A stretch of 64,000 nucleotides of DNA from Sneathiella sp. (GTDB taxonomy: Bacteria; Pseudomonadota; Alphaproteobacteria; Sneathiellales; Sneathiellaceae). Position numbers and translations under genes: made by a program. Of this stretch, positions 60,013 to 64,000 are shown piece after piece. Position 1 is the stretch's first letter. Each line of letters starts with the position of its first letter. Location: positions 17,438 through 81,437 of the forward strand of contig NZ_JBLHZT010000014.1 of the NCBI RefSeq assembly GCF_047631475.1, read 5' to 3'. The notes under the pieces were generated by a model. That model did not search any database. It was not told where the DNA came from and saw nothing but the letters and a program-made list of their open reading frames with translations.

Positions 60013-61065
60013 ATGACACAAGCCACTGTTGAGCCAATTAGGGCTCAGGCTGCCATACACCACGCCTATCTACTGGGCCTACAGCTTAGAATATCCACCC
60101 ATAAAGGACCCGAGGTCATGGAAGAGTGGATGTTCAAGCTGTTTCGGCGGCAGCATCTATCCAAATTCCTAAGCAGCTTTGAAAAACTGGGCCTGTCCCA
60201 TGAACCAGACGCGATTGCCTGCGCAAAATACCATGTCCTGTCCAATTCCATCGGTGGCGTCCCTGTTGAATATATGGCCGAAAGTAAAACAAAGGCGTGG
60301 GTGCGGTTCCGGTACCCCCGATGGATGTATGATGGTCCGACTCTCTGTGGTGTTCCAATTGGCGTCAGCCGGGGCTTTCTGCGCGGCTGGTATGCCCATA
60401 ACGGCGTAAGCCTTAAAAACCCGCGCTTGGGATATGTCTGTGTTTCCGAAGATATGACTGGCGAGTTCGGATTTTGTGGTTATTTCAAGGAATATGACCA
60501 TGATCTATCTGAAGAGGAGCGCTTGCAATTTTCAAAAGGCGAGCTGCCCCCTCCGTTCAAGGCCGAGGACCAGCCTCAACCACCTGCTTCCGACTGGACC
60601 GCTGAGCGACTTGAAAAGGCGAACAGAAACTATGCGATGGAGTATATCCGCAACGGACTGAGCGAACTTGTAAAGGTCATTGGATATGACGAAACAAAAG
60701 AACATGCGAGTATCACAGCCCGGTTGATTGGTTTGCAATATTACGCACAAACTGCCGCCGCACTGAAATCCGTGGACGGGAATGCGGCAGACGCCACCCA
60801 CTATCTTATGCAGATAATGAGCGGTATGGGTGACGATATCACGCCGATATCCAATCACAAAACGGAGGAAACGACCAGTTTCGAACAGACAGGACTTCGG
60901 ATTGTAAAAGGCCTGAGTGGAGATGAACGCAGCCTTGTCTTGTCCTGTTGGAAAGAACTCTGGATCGGTGCCATCCGTTCCCACCGTGAAATGCTGGGAC
61001 TGGAATGCGAGCAGGTAAATGAAGAAAAGCTTGTTTGGACCGTGACAAATATACGGGGCCGCTGA
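60013..61065 (+). CDS. Hypothetical protein, possibly tandem V4R/ATC-hydrolase-like domains
   Basis: 350-aa ORF with SD (GAAGGA) and its own terminator. His/Cys/Trp-rich motifs. Fold assignment is inference. Confidence 0.7.
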   Translation: MTQATVEPIRAQAAIHHAYLLGLQLRISTHKGPEVMEEWMFKLFRRQHLSKFLSSFEKLGLSHEPDAIACAKYHVLSNSIGGVPVEYMAESKTKAWVRFRYPRWMYDGPTLCGVPIGVSRGFLRGWYAHNGVSLKNPRLGYVCVSEDMTGEFGFCGYFKEYDHDLSEEERLQFSKGELPPPFKAEDQPQPPASDWTAERLEKANRNYAMEYIRNGLSELVKVIGYDETKEHASITARLIGLQYYAQTAAALKSVDGNAADATHYLMQIMSGMGDDITPISNHKTEETTSFEQTGLRIVKGLSGDERSLVLSCWKELWIGAIRSHREMLGLECEQVNEEKLVWTVTNIRGR

Positions 61066-61082
61066 AACATCTGAATAGACAA

Positions 61083-61114
61083 AAAAAACAGGGCCCTAAT
61101 CAGGCCCTGTTTTT
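61083..61114. terminator. Bidirectional intrinsic terminator
   Basis: AAAAAACAGGGCC-CTAATCA-GGCCCTGTTTTT. Confidence 0.85.
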
Positions 61115-62446
61115 CTATTCTTTCACATACGGATTTTTGCCCGTTCGTGTCGCTATCCGAATGGGGACCGCTGGCATATCAAAATCTTCACGTAAGCCGT
61201 TGATCAGATATCTGAGATAGCTTTCCGGCAGCTCACCGCGAGACGACATAAATAATGAGAAGGTCGGCGGCCGCGATTTTACCTGAGTAATATACCGGAC
61301 TTTCAGGCGACGCCCCTTTGCCATCGGCGGTGGATGTTTCTCAAGCATATGTTCCAGCCAACGGTTTAGCTGAGACGTCGAAATCCGCTTATTCCAGAGT
61401 TCATACACCCGGATAACCTGCGGCAAAAGCTTTTCAAGCCCGCGTCCCGTCAACGCTGACAGGGTAACAACAGGAACGCCTCTCACCTGAGGCAATGAAA
61501 TCTGCAACTTGTCGCGAATATGTTGCAACATGGCATTACGATCCCGAACGGTATCCCACTTATTAACAGCAACAACCAGACCGCGACCCTCTTCAATCAC
61601 ATGGGCAGCGATGGTCAGGTCCTGCTTTTCAAAGGATACATCCGCGTCAATCACCAGAACGACAACTTCTGCCAATTTTATAACCCGCAGACTGTCCGCA
61701 ACGGACAGTTTTTCCAGCTTCTTTTGAACCCGGGATCGGCGGCGAATACCGGCGGTATCCACCAGCTTTATTTTTTGACCTTCAAATTCCCATTCAACAG
61801 AAATCGAATCCCGTGTGACACCCGCTTCCGGCCCGGTCAGCAACCGTTCTTCGCCGATCAAATGATTGACCAGCGTCGATTTGCCCGCGTTAGGCCGACC
61901 AACAATGGCCAAAGCCAAAGGACGGTCCTTTGCGGCAACATCAGGAACCTGTTCAACTTCAAACGGAAGCAACGCATCAAACAATTCACCGATGCCTTCG
62001 CCATGCTCTGCCGACAATGCAATGGGATCACCCAAGCCCAGCGAATAAGCTTCCATCATTTCCGTTTCAGCAATGCGGCCTTCGCATTTATTGGCACACA
62101 AAATGACAGGTTTTTCTGTTTTCCGCAGCCAACCTGCAAAATGCTTATCCATTGGCGTAACGCCGGCGCGGGCATCAAATATCATTAATGCGACATCTGC
62201 TTCTTCCAAGGCCATTTCAGTTTGCCGACGCATGCGCCCTTCCAGACTATCGTCGAAGGCTTCTTCCAGCCCGGCAGTATCAATGACTTTGAATTTAAGC
62301 GAACCGATACGGGCTTCCCCTTCGCGACGATCGCGGGTCACGCCCGGCGTATCATCAACAAGGGCGAGGCGTTTCCCGACCAGACGATTGAATAGAGTGG
62401 ACTTGCCCACATTGGGACGTCCAATAATAGCTACTGTAAATGACAT
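61115..62446 (-). CDS. der: Ribosome biogenesis GTPase Der (EngA)
   Basis: Two G domains ([18 protein letters not shown]), DTAG x2, KH-like C-terminus. Confidence 0.98.
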   Translation of the reverse strand: MSFTVAIIGRPNVGKSTLFNRLVGKRLALVDDTPGVTRDRREGEARIGSLKFKVIDTAGLEEAFDDSLEGRMRRQTEMALEEADVALMIFDARAGVTPMDKHFAGWLRKTEKPVILCANKCEGRIAETEMMEAYSLGLGDPIALSAEHGEGIGELFDALLPFEVEQVPDVAAKDRPLALAIVGRPNAGKSTLVNHLIGEERLLTGPEAGVTRDSISVEWEFEGQKIKLVDTAGIRRRSRVQKKLEKLSVADSLRVIKLAEVVVLVIDADVSFEKQDLTIAAHVIEEGRGLVVAVNKWDTVRDRNAMLQHIRDKLQISLPQVRGVPVVTLSALTGRGLEKLLPQVIRVYELWNKRISTSQLNRWLEHMLEKHPPPMAKGRRLKVRYITQVKSRPPTFSLFMSSRGELPESYLRYLINGLREDFDMPAVPIRIATRTGKNPYVKE

Positions 62447-62454
62447 CGATTATC

Positions 62455-63813
62455 TTAGCGATATGCCACTAATTGGGCATCATCCGTTAGAACAAACAAC
62501 ATGCCTCCCGCAACGACGGGTGCCAAGGAAGCCGTGTCTGATAATTCAACTTTCCCCAAAATTTTGCCGTCATAGGGGGAAACAGACACCGCAATACCGT
62601 AATTAGAGACCAAAATCAAACGATCACTTGCTAAAACGGGTCCTGACCACACAATTAGACCTGTTTTCTCTTCAGGATCTTCAAATTTACCCAAAGATCG
62701 TACCCAGCGGATCAATCCGTTTTTGCGCGACAGGCAGACCAGTTCACCGTCTGTCGAGATCACATAGACAAAATCTCCAGCAACCCATGGGGTCTGCAAG
62801 GTAGAGATTTCCTGGCTCCATTTCCGGTTACCGGTTCTAAGATCAATCCCGACCATCTGGCCGGAATAACTGGCGGCAAAAATCATCCCCCGATCAATCA
62901 CCGGAAAAGCATTAATATCCGCCAATGACGTCAGGGAACTCAAACGACGCTTACGTTTGAGTTGGTCACTCCAGGCTTGTGCACCATTGTTAGCACGCAA
63001 GGCGAACAACTCACCCGATGAAAAAGGCACAACAACTGTTCCCTTTTCAACCGCAGGGCTGGCCGCGCCTAAAAGTCCGGTTGTTTCAACACCGCCTTCA
63101 TAACTCCATTCAGTTTCACCGGTCAGAACGTTCAGGGCGAAAATACGATTGTCGTAGGTTGTTACAAAAAGCAAATCCTCAGCGGCTGTCGGTGCTGCAC
63201 GCAAAGGGGCACCGATCGAAGCTTTCCAATACATTCCACCCGATTTAGGGTCCAGAGAAAACACCTCGCCATAGGAAGTGGTGGCAAATAGACGGCCATA
63301 TTCTGCGGCAAGACCGCCGCCGACAACACCGTCCTCCTCTTCAGGAGGGGTCAAGTTCACAGCCCAGAGTTTTTCACCGGTTTCCTGGGAAAAAGCTCGG
63401 ACACGACTTTCACTATCCATCACATAAACAGTGCCTTCAGCGACAATCGGAGTAGACGGCAGCCGACTTTCATCGTCAGAGCCTTCGCCGATATCAGCGC
63501 GCCAGACCTCTTTTAAATCATCCCCCAGCGTCAAGTGATGCATGACGTTGCTGGCCGTACCGCCATTTTGCGGCCAGTTTGCATTTACATATGGTGCTGG
63601 CAGACGCACCGTTACATCAGCAACCCCTTCATCAGGTTCCAGCGACTGCTCCAACGCCAAAATTGAAATTCTTTCACCCGGAAGCGGTGGGGCCTCGGCC
63701 TCTCCCAGCCAATCGGGTAGCAGCGAACAACCGGTCAACAATGCCGCCGAACAGGCGAACAGCGCAATTTTTCCCATATAACGGACATGTAACTTCACGC
63801 CAGAACCCCTCAA
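62455..63813 (-). CDS. bamB: BamB-like PQQ beta-propeller lipoprotein (start uncertain)
   Basis: Lipobox LLTGC, repeated A(L/F)xxxxGxxxW blades, yfgM-bamB-der synteny. Confidence 0.85.
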   Translation of the reverse strand: MRGSGVKLHVRYMGKIALFACSAALLTGCSLLPDWLGEAEAPPLPGERISILALEQSLEPDEGVADVTVRLPAPYVNANWPQNGGTASNVMHHLTLGDDLKEVWRADIGEGSDDESRLPSTPIVAEGTVYVMDSESRVRAFSQETGEKLWAVNLTPPEEEDGVVGGGLAAEYGRLFATTSYGEVFSLDPKSGGMYWKASIGAPLRAAPTAAEDLLFVTTYDNRIFALNVLTGETEWSYEGGVETTGLLGAASPAVEKGTVVVPFSSGELFALRANNGAQAWSDQLKRKRRLSSLTSLADINAFPVIDRGMIFAASYSGQMVGIDLRTGNRKWSQEISTLQTPWVAGDFVYVISTDGELVCLSRKNGLIRWVRSLGKFEDPEEKTGLIVWSGPVLASDRLILVSNYGIAVSVSPYDGKILGKVELSDTASLAPVVAGGMLFVLTDDAQLVAYR

Positions 63814-63823
63814 TGCAGTCAGG

Positions 63824-64000
63824 TTATTTGTTTTCTATGGCCAGCAGTAACTCTGCGGCCCGCTGCTTTACCCCCGATGGAGCAGACGCGTCTTCTTTTA
63901 GCGCAGAAAATTGTTGGCGTGCTTCATCGATTTTCCCTGCTTTCAAGTCATTCAGCGCCAGAATTTCTTTTGCCAATGCGGACCAGATCCCCCCCGGTGC
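63824..64000 (-). CDS. C-terminal fragment of a YfgM-like TPR protein (runs off the window)
   Basis: Manual translation APGGIWSALAKEILALNDLKAGKIDEARQQFSALKEDASAPSGVKQRAAELLLAIENK*. Position upstream of bamB. Confidence 0.75.
   Translation of the reverse strand, partial: APGGIWSALAKEILALNDLKAGKIDEARQQFSALKEDASAPSGVKQRAAELLLAIENK

Noticed and set aside
61520-62188. 222-aa plus-strand ORF
   Set aside because: Antisense shadow of der.
1-64000. Mobile elements, CRISPR arrays, prophage, tRNA/rRNA, known defence systems
   Set aside because: No transposase, integrase, cas or phage ORFs, no spaced direct repeats and no tRNA/rRNA signatures were seen. Intergenic gaps are all under ~320 bp.

Overview
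Mostly ordinary core-genome DNA from an alphaproteobacterium. The taxon is inferred from gene order (Rhodospirillales/Sneathiella-like is a guess). About 60 intact CDSs are present. Core blocks: cysE-iscS-fdx, anmK/tyrS, yhdP-like/glnE, bcp-DUF455-M23-bactofilin, ndk, holC-pepA, lptFGD-surA-pdxA-rsmA, fabD-fabG-acpP-fabF-mltG-yicC-gmk, rpsF-rpsR-DUF2232-rplI-dnaB-alr-mlaEF-radA-cvpA-purF-SDR, and yfgM-bamB-der. I saw no IS, integrase, prophage, CRISPR, tRNA or rRNA. Accessory content sits mainly in the first ~15 kb (Crp, 8-oxoguanine deaminase, LysR plus a BesD-like 2OG/Fe oxygenase, DUF4269, orphan PaaX-FprA-phosphodiesterase, TenA, modABC). There are also single-gene insertions in conserved operons: an MCP, an unknown membrane protein between mltG and yicC, and an unknown V4R/ATC-hydrolase-like protein before der. 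The best non-coding signals are four consensus DnaA boxes in 42 bp upstream of dnaB, a long palindrome over a candidate leaderless iscS promoter in a cluster lacking Rrf2/IscR, a GATACA/TGTATC inverted repeat beside paaX, an SD-sequestering rpsF leader, and a recurring -10-N6/7-ATG leaderless pattern. No large novel multi-gene system can be proven from the sequence alone. All family calls come from motif recognition, not database searches.
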